A stretch of DNA of 32,000 nucleotides from Pyrodictium delaneyi (GTDB lineage Archaea; Thermoproteota; Thermoprotei_A; Sulfolobales; Pyrodictiaceae). This document shows, one piece after another, positions 8,804-16,777 of this stretch (within the stretch, counting starts at the first letter, position 1; every line of letters starts with the position of its first letter). Both the position numbers and the translations under genes were made by a program. The stretch covers positions 450,001 through 482,000 of the forward strand of contig NZ_CP013011.1 of assembly GCF_001412615.1 (NCBI RefSeq), given 5' to 3'. The notes below the pieces were generated by a model. The model did not search any database and was not told the DNA's origin. It saw only the letters and a list, made by a program, of their open reading frames with translations.

Positions 8804-8929
8804 GGGAGGGTGGGTGCATGGTAGCCGGGCGGGGATTCGAACCCCGGTCACGGGGGTTCTCCCCGAGGGCTGTCTCGGGCCAGAGCCCCGCATCCTTGAC
8901 CGCTAGACGACCCGGCTACCCACCCTCCC
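8804..8929. repeat. Perfect 11-bp inverted repeat (gggagggtggg at 8804-8814, cccaccctccc at 8919-8929) bracketing tRNA-Gln
   Basis: Read directly from the sequence. In the tRNA sense, the leader GGGAGGGUGGG ends 1 nt before A1, and the trailer CCCACCCUCCC starts 4 nt after the CCA. Confidence 0.9.
8819..8917 (-). tRNA. tRNA-Gln (CUG) with 23-nt intron at 37/38, CCA encoded
   Basis: The acceptor AGCCGGG/CCCGGCU has the A1-U72 pair typical of archaeal tRNA-Gln. The anticodon stem is CGGGG/CCCCG with loop C-U-CUG-G, and the T arm is CGGGG-UUCGAAU-CCCCG. The intron is CCCGAGACAGCCCUCGGGGAGAA. Confidence 0.85.
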
Positions 8930-9052
8930 TGCTATTCGAGCCGTGTATCTTATGACGGGTGTAGCAGGGTTTTTGTGTCTTGCTGGTATCGCCCGAGTAT
9001 TATCACTGATGAGATGAAGGTGTTTGTGTTATCGCGTAGTTGAGCTGGTTTA

Positions 9053-9532
9053 GTGGTTAAGCTGGTGTCACGTCAGCATAATGTGTTACCGGGTGCCGGT
9101 AGAGTGGCTGCGCAACAACTTAGAGTTATGGCGCCATTGACTACCATACATTCGTTATACTTCCTAGCGGGGCTTATGGGCTGGCAGCACGGCTACAGGT
9201 TCGTGCTTACAGAACGTGGACCCTTTAGCAGTAAACTCGCACACGACCTAGCTAGAGGAAGGGCCCCAAGACCCCCACGGAGTATAGCGAGACAACTCCG
9301 GGTACTCGTTGCCAGGCTATGTCAAGACGACAACGGCTGTGGGAAACAATTAATCGTAGCAGCCATGTTGGCCGCATATACTAGGCTCTACCCACCGCCG
9401 AAGGACCCAGTAGCTTACTACCTACAGAGACACCCAGGCGTGAACCCTAACCTCGTAAAGAGGATAGCCGCTATACTATCTTCTCTGGGTATAATTCAAG
9501 GCGGAGAAAGAGTCATAACCCCCAATAAGTAG
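9053..9532 (+). CDS. Hypothetical protein (orphan between tRNA genes)
   Basis: A 159-aa ORF with no competing frame and sensible codon composition. The segment HSLYFLAGLMGWQHGYRFVLTERGPFSSKLAHDL weakly recalls the aromatic-x-GP[FY]S motif of SocA/Panacea (DUF4065)-type domains; this is from memory and unverified. The start is uncertain (GTG at 9053 or ATG at 9128). Confidence 0.45.
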   Translation: MVKLVSRQHNVLPGAGRVAAQQLRVMAPLTTIHSLYFLAGLMGWQHGYRFVLTERGPFSSKLAHDLARGRAPRPPRSIARQLRVLVARLCQDDNGCGKQLIVAAMLAAYTRLYPPPKDPVAYYLQRHPGVNPNLVKRIAAILSSLGIIQGGERVITPNK

Positions 9533-9566
9533 CATCCAGCTATAAGACTCGGAGCAGGCAAGAGGG

Positions 9567-9690
<124 letters not shown>

Positions 9691-9799
9691 CTAGTCCCCC
9701 GGGACCCCACAACTACCTCCTATACTCCTGCTATTCTTTGAAACGCAATAGTACACCTCTACGTTCCTCCTCTTCACGGAGATGCGATCCGGTGATGCT

Positions 9800-10090
9800 A
9801 TGAAGACCATAGAGAGAATTCTCCGAATACCCGGCGGCAAAACTCTGGAGCTGAGCATTACCGTTGACAAAGAGTGTAAGATAATACGAGTTACAATAAG
9901 CGGCGACTTCTTCATCTACCCGTCTGAAGCGCTTGAACAACTCGAGAGCATGCTAAAGGGCTGCAACAACATTGTTTGCATTGAAGAACGTATTAGGAGT
10001 ATAGCAGAGAGCACAGAAGCTCTAGGTTTTACATGGGGACAATTGACTAGCTCACTTATAGAATTATACCATGAGCTATGTAGACTGTAG
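9800..10090 (+). CDS. Stand-alone lipoate-protein-ligase C-terminal-domain-like protein (LplB-like)
   Basis: MKTIERILRIPGGKTLELSITVDKECKIIRVTISGDFFIYPSEALEQLESMLKGC fits the LplA/LplJ C-terminal domain pattern (I.GDFF......le..L.G). The ORF track starts at 9782; the ATG at 9800 is more likely. Confidence 0.55.
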   Translation: MKTIERILRIPGGKTLELSITVDKECKIIRVTISGDFFIYPSEALEQLESMLKGCNNIVCIEERIRSIAESTEALGFTWGQLTSSLIELYHELCRL

Positions 10091-10120
10091 CAAATCAAGG
10101 CGCTGCCACATAATTATGGG

Positions 10121-10247
10121 GAGGCGGCGGGCGAGAGAGCTGAGGGCCCGTGATGGCGGGCCCGCGGGGATTTGAACCCCGGACTACCGGCTTAGAAGGC
10201 CGGCGCCCTATCCTGGCTAGGCTACGGGCCCTTCTTCCCGCCGCCTC
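10121..10247. repeat. Perfect 11-bp inverted repeat (gaggcggcggg at 10121-10131, cccgccgcctc at 10237-10247) bracketing tRNA-Arg
   Basis: Read directly from the sequence. In the tRNA sense, the leader GAGGCGGCGGG ends 5 nt before G1, and the trailer CCCGCCGCCUC starts 22 nt after the CCA. Confidence 0.9.
10154..10231 (-). tRNA. tRNA-Arg (UCU), no intron, CCA encoded
   Basis: GGGCCCG-UA-GCCU-AGCCAGGAUA-GGGC-G-CCGGC-CUUCUAA-GCCGG-UAGUC-CGGGG-UUCAAAU-CCCCG-CGGGCCC-G-CCA, 78 nt in total. Confidence 0.9.
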
Positions 10248-10815
10248 TCTTCACGCACCACCGGCTGTGTAGAGTCTCTAGCAGCTGGGGTATAATGTTT
10301 ACCTTAGCTCTCTGTGATAGTGTCTTTCTGATCGCAAAACCTGCTAAGTCGAATACCTTACCAACCTTCATTACTATTGCTATATCACTACTCGCTGCAA
10401 CATACCCGGCCAACGCATATTCTATTACTCTTTTGTCTGCTGTTCTTGATACCTCGACTAGAGCGTTAAGACCATTGAGGCTTCTACGGAGAAACGCTGC
10501 AGCGTCACCACTATGACTAGGCTGGCTATCTAGGACAATGACCACCTTACCTGGTTTTATAGCACGTAAAACATCCGCAAGAATACCTGCCAGGGTTCTA
10601 ATATTCTCTATGACAAGGCGGGGTCCCGAAAGTAAAGCATCACGTGTTAGACCATCACTACAGACAAACACGGGAACACCCATAAGGGCTGCATAGATGG
10701 TGGCTAGCTGATTAAACCCATCAACTACAAGTTTAGCATTAAATAGATCTCTGGGTATTACAAGTTTATTTTTGACTAGTTTAGAGACATTCTCGGAATG
10801 TATACATCTAGCCAA
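10222..10815 (-). CDS. Uncharacterised archaeal protein with a Rae1/YacP-like NYN (PIN-like) nuclease domain; probably extends upstream (DUF434-like N-terminus)
   Basis: Acidic motifs occur in NYN order: LVVDGFNQL, VVIVLDSQ, VEVSRTADKRVIEYA, VAASSDIAIV. Compare B. subtilis Rae1/YacP: LLVDGYNMI, VVFDA, ETADERIE, VATSD (recalled from memory). The frame stays open 52 codons upstream of the TTG at 10815 (see findings). The 3' end overlaps tRNA-Arg by 10 nt. Confidence 0.6.
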   Translation of the reverse strand: MARCIHSENVSKLVKNKLVIPRDLFNAKLVVDGFNQLATIYAALMGVPVFVCSDGLTRDALLSGPRLVIENIRTLAGILADVLRAIKPGKVVIVLDSQPSHSGDAAAFLRRSLNGLNALVEVSRTADKRVIEYALAGYVAASSDIAIVMKVGKVFDLAGFAIRKTLSQRAKVNIIPQLLETLHSRWCVKRGGGKKGP

Positions 10816-10958
10816 AAGTATGGCCTCTCGCCTAGAGAGGCCATACTTACGCTTGACTAACTCTAGTGCTTCGCCTCGCGGATATCCACGAGTCAGTAGA
10901 AAGAAAAGATCATAGAATGCATCCAGCGGGATATCTAGCTGGGATATACGGACTCCCC

Positions 10959-13745
10959 CTATGGTTTTTCCTTAATTAGTTCACGTAGAGCCGATATAAT
11001 TACTTCTAGTACTTCATTCTCATCGACATTCCTAGCTAGCATATTGATGTGCGTTGGCTTGCCTCCACCCCGGAAGCCTTTGTTGCTTAATAGTCTGGCT
11101 AGTTCACGCAGATTAACTCGTCTTGATGCAGAGGAGCCTGCACCAATCTCTACCATTAATCCTTGTTCCACGGGTATTAGCGCAATTGTAATGCCATCAG
11201 GATCTTCTTGGCTTAGTAATTTGGTTAGCTCCTGGTATAGATCATGGAGCGGCAGTTTATCTTTAACAACATATATCCTAATACCGTCTATGGTCAATGG
11301 TTCCTTTTTGATCCTCTCGGCTAATTGTTCGACTATATATCTCCGAAGCTTGTTGAGATTCTGCCGAGTATTGTTGTAGTCACGTATTAGCTTCTCTACA
11401 CGCTTCTCGAGCTCCGTGACACTTCCACTCACTATATTAGCTACGCGGTTTACACGCTCCTCAAGCTCTGAGGCATAACGAGCAACCTCGCTCCCAGCTA
11501 CAAGTTCTAGACGTATGACCCCATCCTGTAGCTTTTCGACGCGTGTTATCTTCACTGCACCTATCTCGGCAGTATTGGCCACGTGTGTGCCAAAGCACGC
11601 CTCTACATCCCAATCGCCTATCTTTACTACACGCAGTTTAGGAGTCATTGGAACGCCACCTTGATATAGCCTAAATCCGTAGAGTTTCTCGGCCTCATTT
11701 CTATCCATTATTTTTGTCTCTACGTCAATGCGTTCTAGTATAGCTCTATTGGCTAGCTCTTCTATCCTTCGTATTTCCTCGGGACTAGGAGTCTCATAGT
11801 GAGTTATATCAAGGCGTGCTTTCTCTGGTGTCTTCTCGGCGCCTGCCTGCCATACATGTTCTCCTAGAACACGCCTAGCGGCACCCAGTATCACATGTAC
11901 ACCGGTATGGTGTCTCATTAGCCGGTAGCGGCGCTCCCAGTCTATCCGGCCCCAAGCCTCGGAGCAGTTACTTCTGGGCTCACGGTCAAGCACATGCACT
12001 ATAACATCTCCAACCTTCTCTACACGTTTTACCTGGTATTCCTCGCCACATAGACGTATAACGCCAGTGTCATGCAGTTGTCCGCCGCCTGTAGGATAGA
12101 ATGCTGTACGGTCTAAGACCAGATAGACACCTTTTACACCAAGAACTTTGGCGTTGAATTCACGCAGATAGGGATTCTGATGGAACAGTCTTTCCGTCGC
12201 CGGGAATCCCTTGAGCCACCCAACTACGTCTTGTGGGAGGCTGGGATGCTCAGCCCGTCTAGCTATACCACCGCTAGCACCATGACGCTCGGCAACTATT
12301 GCGTAAAAGTTATGCGGAACATCCACTTTTACACCGAGCTTTGCAGCTGCTTCGGCAACCATGTCGGGTGGCAAACCATGAGAGTCATAGAGCACTATGA
12401 GGTCGTCAAGGCTTAGGCTGCGTTTACGTCGGAGAAGCCTTGTGACCTCGCGTAGACCCCTCTCTAGGCTTCTTCTATACCGTTCCTCCTCTATCCTAGT
12501 GACCTTCAGTATGTAGTCTATGTTACGCAACATTTGTGGGTAGTAGTCATTGCCCCAGAATCGGGCTTGTCTCTCGACAAGCTCTACGAGGCTAACATCA
12601 CTGCCGAGCTTCTTTATCAGCCGGATAGCTCGCCGAATCACTAGCCGAGCTAAGTAGCCCTCGCCAGTATTACTCGGCACGATGCCATCGGCTAGCATTA
12701 ATGCTATGGTCTTACTATGGTCCAGTAACGCGTATACCGCTGCCTCACGGCGTAGCAGCTTCTCGGCCTCGCTAGGCTCGAGACCTACATCACGTGCAGC
12801 TCTCTCATAAAATCTCTTTATGCTCTCTGGGTTCTCAGGATCTAGTCTGCCAGCATCACGTGCAGCTGCCCAGAGCAGATTACGTGGAGCAGGCTCTATG
12901 CCGAGAAGCTTGTAGAATTCGTCTAGTAAACTGCCGTATATAGCGTGGAATGCTGTAGGTACTTTCTGCGTGAACCACGCTAAACGCTCGATACCATACC
13001 CTGTATCTACTACTCTAAGGGGTATCGGCTCATATCCTCCATCGGTTACGCGGTATTGCATAAATACTAGTGTTGCTAGCTCGAGACCGCCAACTGTTAC
13101 TTCGAAGCTTGGCCCGGCATTACCACCGCCTTCCCACCAAGATTCCTTGAACGTTATGTGCTCCGGCGGTATGCCGAGCTCTTCTGTGAAGAATTCGAAG
13201 GCCAGGCGTACTGTCTCCTCCTTCCAATATACATGTTTGTCTGGATAGTTGAAGGCGTGATGCCCGCCCATCTCGAAGCTGGTGAGATGCCTACCTAGAG
13301 TGAGTCCTACATTGTCTATGTCTTCTAATCTTATACTCGGCTGAACTATCACGAGAGGGTTGGCAGGCGGCGGTACAACACCGCTGGTCACGTGAGGCTG
13401 AAAGACGACAATACTTGCAATAGTTAGATAGAGATCTTCTCTCCACCGAGCTACTACGGGCCTAGGCTCTATGAACTCGTGGCCGTTTCTCTCAAAGAAC
13501 CGGATGAACTTCCTCCTAGCCTCAGCTACGCTGAGATCGTTAACCTTCTTCGGAAGGTTCCAGAAATAGTACTCAACACATGGCGCATCATTGCAGTGTT
13601 CTTGCTCTGGATTAAGAGTCCAGAAGTACTCGCCGCCTACATGGCACCGGCGCCTAGTGAAGCCCTTTTCCCGGAAGAACTCCAGCTGGTATTCCTTCGG
13701 GTCAGCCTGCAATACCGCCAAACCCCCAGGGGATAGAGCGGGCAT
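10959..13745 (-). CDS. alaS: Alanine--tRNA ligase
   Basis: The 928-aa protein has an archaeal-type class II AlaRS core, editing-domain motifs HHTGVHVILGAARRVLG...HVWQAGAEKT and CFGTHV, and a C-terminal DHHA1-like tail. Confidence 0.97.
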   Translation of the reverse strand: MPALSPGGLAVLQADPKEYQLEFFREKGFTRRRCHVGGEYFWTLNPEQEHCNDAPCVEYYFWNLPKKVNDLSVAEARRKFIRFFERNGHEFIEPRPVVARWREDLYLTIASIVVFQPHVTSGVVPPPANPLVIVQPSIRLEDIDNVGLTLGRHLTSFEMGGHHAFNYPDKHVYWKEETVRLAFEFFTEELGIPPEHITFKESWWEGGGNAGPSFEVTVGGLELATLVFMQYRVTDGGYEPIPLRVVDTGYGIERLAWFTQKVPTAFHAIYGSLLDEFYKLLGIEPAPRNLLWAAARDAGRLDPENPESIKRFYERAARDVGLEPSEAEKLLRREAAVYALLDHSKTIALMLADGIVPSNTGEGYLARLVIRRAIRLIKKLGSDVSLVELVERQARFWGNDYYPQMLRNIDYILKVTRIEEERYRRSLERGLREVTRLLRRKRSLSLDDLIVLYDSHGLPPDMVAEAAAKLGVKVDVPHNFYAIVAERHGASGGIARRAEHPSLPQDVVGWLKGFPATERLFHQNPYLREFNAKVLGVKGVYLVLDRTAFYPTGGGQLHDTGVIRLCGEEYQVKRVEKVGDVIVHVLDREPRSNCSEAWGRIDWERRYRLMRHHTGVHVILGAARRVLGEHVWQAGAEKTPEKARLDITHYETPSPEEIRRIEELANRAILERIDVETKIMDRNEAEKLYGFRLYQGGVPMTPKLRVVKIGDWDVEACFGTHVANTAEIGAVKITRVEKLQDGVIRLELVAGSEVARYASELEERVNRVANIVSGSVTELEKRVEKLIRDYNNTRQNLNKLRRYIVEQLAERIKKEPLTIDGIRIYVVKDKLPLHDLYQELTKLLSQEDPDGITIALIPVEQGLMVEIGAGSSASRRVNLRELARLLSNKGFRGGGKPTHINMLARNVDENEVLEVIISALRELIKEKP

Positions 13746-13952
13746 GAATAGCTACTATTTAGACTTCAAGCAAGACTAGACTCTAGCCTGTAGAGGGTAA
13801 GCACCAGAACTAGCACAAGACAAGCGCGCCACATGCTTAGCCAAGCGATATCCAACATAAAGAAACAGGATAATGGATGGCTAAGAGATTGCTAAGCAAT
13901 ATAGGGTATGGATTGAAAAGAGTTCCCAGATGCTTGATTGGTATAGGGGTCT

Positions 13953-14984
13953 CTAGAAGCCGAAGAGGCTCTCGAGGCCTGCTGCTAGCTGCTCTTCGCC
14001 TACCTCCTCCTTCTTCTCCTCCTCTTCCTTCTCTTCTTCCTCCTTCTTCTCCTCGGCAGCAGGCGCAGCAGCTGGTGCCGCCACCTGGATATCTATTCCT
14101 AGCTCCTTGGCTGTATCTCCGAGTGCTGCTACTACTGCTAGAGCCTTAGCCACAGCCAGGCCTATCACATACTCGGCGTTGTCTGGCGTCACGTAGCCCG
14201 CTTCAGCAGCTACTGCTAGCGCACGCCTCACTGCTAGAGGTATAGCTAGCTCTAGCACCTGTGGCTCTGGGTACGCTATCTCAACACCCACCATGAGCGC
14301 TGCTAGATGCGCTTGAGCCACGTCACGGCGGTATGCTTCTAGGTCCAGTATCAGTTTGTCAGCCGGAATTACAACACCATCCTCATAGGCCGCCTTTATC
14401 TTGAGTTTCACTATTATTGGCTCAATACCTAGCTTCTGAAGTATGGACGCTAGCTCTGGCGATATTTCATCGCCTGGCTTGGCAACCTTAGTATCCTTAG
14501 CTATCCAGATGCTGCCTCCCTGGACACGTATCGGTACACGTAGCTTACCGAAGACGCTCATTATCGGGCCAGGCTTGAAGCCAGTATCACCCGCAGGAAG
14601 CACTATCTCTGTAGGTGCTATGTCGCCGGGCTTGGCAGGCTTGGTCGCATATATCTTGTCAAGGGCTAGTGCGAGTTCGAACGGGTTAAGGTTAGTGAAT
14701 ATGAACATGTTAGTCCCAGTCAGGTAAGGCTCGAGCGGGGAAGGGTCTATACCAGCTCTCTTAAGGGCTAGCCTGAAGAGTGTATTCTTGGCTACCCTAA
14801 GTACTACCTTGTCGCCGAACTTACGCTCTATCTTCCGGCGTATACGCTGCAGCTGAGCTGTCGGCGTCTTAGATAGGTCGACAATAGCTACGACCTTGTG
14901 GTTCTTGATCAGCTCGGTTAGCTCCTCTACCTCCTTTATCTTCCACTCTGGTATACGCCGCATATGAGCCTGGACAACACTCAT
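13953..14984 (-). CDS. rplP0: 50S ribosomal stalk protein P0 (uL10)
   Basis: The sequence reads ...IPEWKIKEVEELTELIKNHKVVAIVDL... with the acidic stalk tail EEKKEEEEKEEEEKKEEVGEEQLAAGLESLFGF. The ATG at 14984 is preceded by GGAGGTG (plus-strand cacctcc, 14994-15000); the longest ORF starts at 15014. Confidence 0.95.
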   Translation of the reverse strand: MSVVQAHMRRIPEWKIKEVEELTELIKNHKVVAIVDLSKTPTAQLQRIRRKIERKFGDKVVLRVAKNTLFRLALKRAGIDPSPLEPYLTGTNMFIFTNLNPFELALALDKIYATKPAKPGDIAPTEIVLPAGDTGFKPGPIMSVFGKLRVPIRVQGGSIWIAKDTKVAKPGDEISPELASILQKLGIEPIIVKLKIKAAYEDGVVIPADKLILDLEAYRRDVAQAHLAALMVGVEIAYPEPQVLELAIPLAVRRALAVAAEAGYVTPDNAEYVIGLAVAKALAVVAALGDTAKELGIDIQVAAPAAAPAAEEKKEEEEKEEEEKKEEVGEEQLAAGLESLFGF

Positions 14985-15061
14985 CCTATGATACACCTCC
15001 TGATTGGGAGACATCTACAGTACGGTATGGGAAAGACAATGACTAGCATCTAGGCAAGCAT

Positions 15062-15724
15062 TTAGCGCAGCATGACCTCGACAGGTGGACCCATAGTAGT
15101 CTTGACTATGACTCTCGCTATGTTGTTCCTAGCGTTCGGCAGCTTACCCTCTAGCGTATTAAGCACCTTGTATATGTTTTCTACTATCTCCTCAACCTTC
15201 ATATCCTCTGTTCCGACGCGGCACATCACCTGCGGCTGGTCCTTCATCCTCAGCATTACCGCTGCACGGTACCTCTTAACGAAGTCTACTATGTTAGCAT
15301 TAGGTGGCACAGGTATGGGTATCTTGCCACGCGGACCCAGAGCCGGAGCCAAGGTCCTACCAACTAGGGGCATTAGGTCTGTACGAACGAGCACCCAGTC
15401 GCAGAACTCAGCTATCTTCTTGGCAGCCTTACGGTTGCCCACAAGCCCTTGTAGCTCTTCCTTCGTTAGAACTCTTTCGGCAACTTCGCGAGCCTTCACC
15501 GCCATATCGCCATCAGCTGCCACACATATGTTCACTTTCTTATTTGGCGGATATGGCAGGAAGACTACCTCCCTTATGCGTCCTTGTGGACTCTTGAGGT
15601 CAACATCACGCATTACGACTATAAGATCCACTGACTGCTTAAAGTTACGCCGCGGACTCGCCTCTATAGCTTCTCTAACTGCCTTCTCTACCGCATCACG
15701 GGGTATAAACGACACTCTCGCCAC
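15062..15724 (-). CDS. rpl1: 50S ribosomal protein L1 (uL1)
   Basis: The 220-aa protein contains REAIEASPRRNFKQSVDLIVVMRDVDLKSPQGRIREVVFLP... and sits between L11 and P0 as in the conserved cluster. It starts at a GTG. Confidence 0.95.
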   Translation of the reverse strand: MARVSFIPRDAVEKAVREAIEASPRRNFKQSVDLIVVMRDVDLKSPQGRIREVVFLPYPPNKKVNICVAADGDMAVKAREVAERVLTKEELQGLVGNRKAAKKIAEFCDWVLVRTDLMPLVGRTLAPALGPRGKIPIPVPPNANIVDFVKRYRAAVMLRMKDQPQVMCRVGTEDMKVEEIVENIYKVLNTLEGKLPNARNNIARVIVKTTMGPPVEVMLR

Positions 15725-15755
15725 CCCAGGCAGCCCGGCTTAGCAGGGGAGGGGT

Positions 15756-16265
15756 CTAAGCCTTCTCCCACTCCTCCTCATACTTTGAGAGGACAGCGTC
15801 GTAAACGCCCTCCTCGACTTCCCGCGTGACCTGTTTAGGATCCTTGCCGTCGACAGTTATACCTATGCTCCTAGCAGATCCCAATATGGTCTTGACAGCC
15901 GCCTTGAGGGTCTTGGCTGTGAGTGCAGGCTTCTTCATTATGGCTATCTCAACTATCTTCTCAAATGGTAAATCACCTATTTTCTGATGCATCGGATCAC
16001 CGGAAGGCTCCTTAGCACCCACCGCTTTCAGCAGTAGCTCCGTAGTTGTTGGCGGCTTTACCTCAATCTCGTACTCCTTAGTATCCTCGTCAACTATTAT
16101 CTTCACTTGTACCTCGAATCCCTTATATCTCTCAGTAAGCTTGTTGATTTCCTCTACAACCTTCTCTACATCTAGCCCAACCTTCTTCAAGGAGTCGCTT
16201 AGAGGTGGGGCTGGGGAAGCCTCGCCCCCCTTAACCTTGACGTTGATGACCCTAATCATGCCCAT
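15756..16265 (-). CDS. rpl11: 50S ribosomal protein L11 (uL11)
   Basis: The N-terminus [24 protein letters not shown] and C-terminus [21 protein letters not shown] fit uL11, and it lies in the conserved position after Spt5. Confidence 0.95.
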   Translation of the reverse strand: MGMIRVINVKVKGGEASPAPPLSDSLKKVGLDVEKVVEEINKLTERYKGFEVQVKIIVDEDTKEYEIEVKPPTTTELLLKAVGAKEPSGDPMHQKIGDLPFEKIVEIAIMKKPALTAKTLKAAVKTILGSARSIGITVDGKDPKQVTREVEEGVYDAVLSKYEEEWEKA

Positions 16266-16267
16266 TG

Positions 16268-16762
16268 CTAGCTCCCTCGCTCCCTAGCGGGCCTCACCGA
16301 GTCACCTGGTACCGTGATTTGAAGCGGGTACTCAACCTCTAGCACATTTAAAACTACCTCATTTTTACCCGGCAACACTCGAACAACCTGCGCCTTCATG
16401 CCGCGGAACGGCCCAGAGATTATCTCCACAACGTCTCCAGGCTTGAGAGTTTCGACTACTGCTTCCGGCTTTAGCAGCCTCTCTACGTCATCATAACGCA
16501 ATACTCCAGGTACCACACCCTTAGCATACCTTATACCTTGTATAGCGTTAGCAGCGTGGAATGCTGCAGGAGTTTCAACTATGACGTAACCTCGTATCTG
16601 CGACGGCACTATGATGGAATATATTGGTATGTTCTCGTCACGGACACGCTGCTCTATAATAAGCGCCACGTCCAATTCTCTACCGGCAACAGTCCTAACG
16701 GCGTAAAGACGTGGCTGTACAGACGGCTTACGCTGCACCGCGCTATCTTCTTGCTGCTCCAT
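16268..16762 (-). CDS. spt5: Transcription elongation factor Spt5 (NusG homologue), NGN + KOW
   Basis: The NGN domain reads [21 protein letters not shown]...YVIVE and the KOW motif reads [23 protein letters not shown]. The secE-spt5-L11 order is conserved. Confidence 0.9.
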   Translation of the reverse strand: MEQQEDSAVQRKPSVQPRLYAVRTVAGRELDVALIIEQRVRDENIPIYSIIVPSQIRGYVIVETPAAFHAANAIQGIRYAKGVVPGVLRYDDVERLLKPEAVVETLKPGDVVEIISGPFRGMKAQVVRVLPGKNEVVLNVLEVEYPLQITVPGDSVRPARERGS

Positions 16763-16777
16763 TTCACTCCCCCACTA

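Noticed and set aside
9006-9012. A C-box-like CUGAUGA upstream of ORF 9053. A second CUGAUGA lies on the minus strand at 3985-3991.
   Set aside because: No D box (CUGA) at the expected 45-60 nt distance and no C'/D' pair, so there is no support for a C/D-box sRNA.
13877-14149. A 90-aa plus-strand ORF rich in Pro/Ser/Leu repeats.
   Set aside because: It is the antisense read of the GAA/GAG-rich acidic tail of P0, a repeat-driven artefact.
15072-15743. A 223-aa plus-strand ORF that almost exactly mirrors the L1 gene. Similar long antisense ORFs lie at 24981-25748 (opposite FKBP), 21380-21952, 14443-14727, 11044-11379 and 29430-29894.
   Set aside because: All lie fully antisense to strongly supported conserved genes. 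Their translations are Ser/Thr/Pro/Leu-rich and low in complexity, with no recognisable motifs. This is the usual stop-poor antisense frame of purine-biased coding strands.
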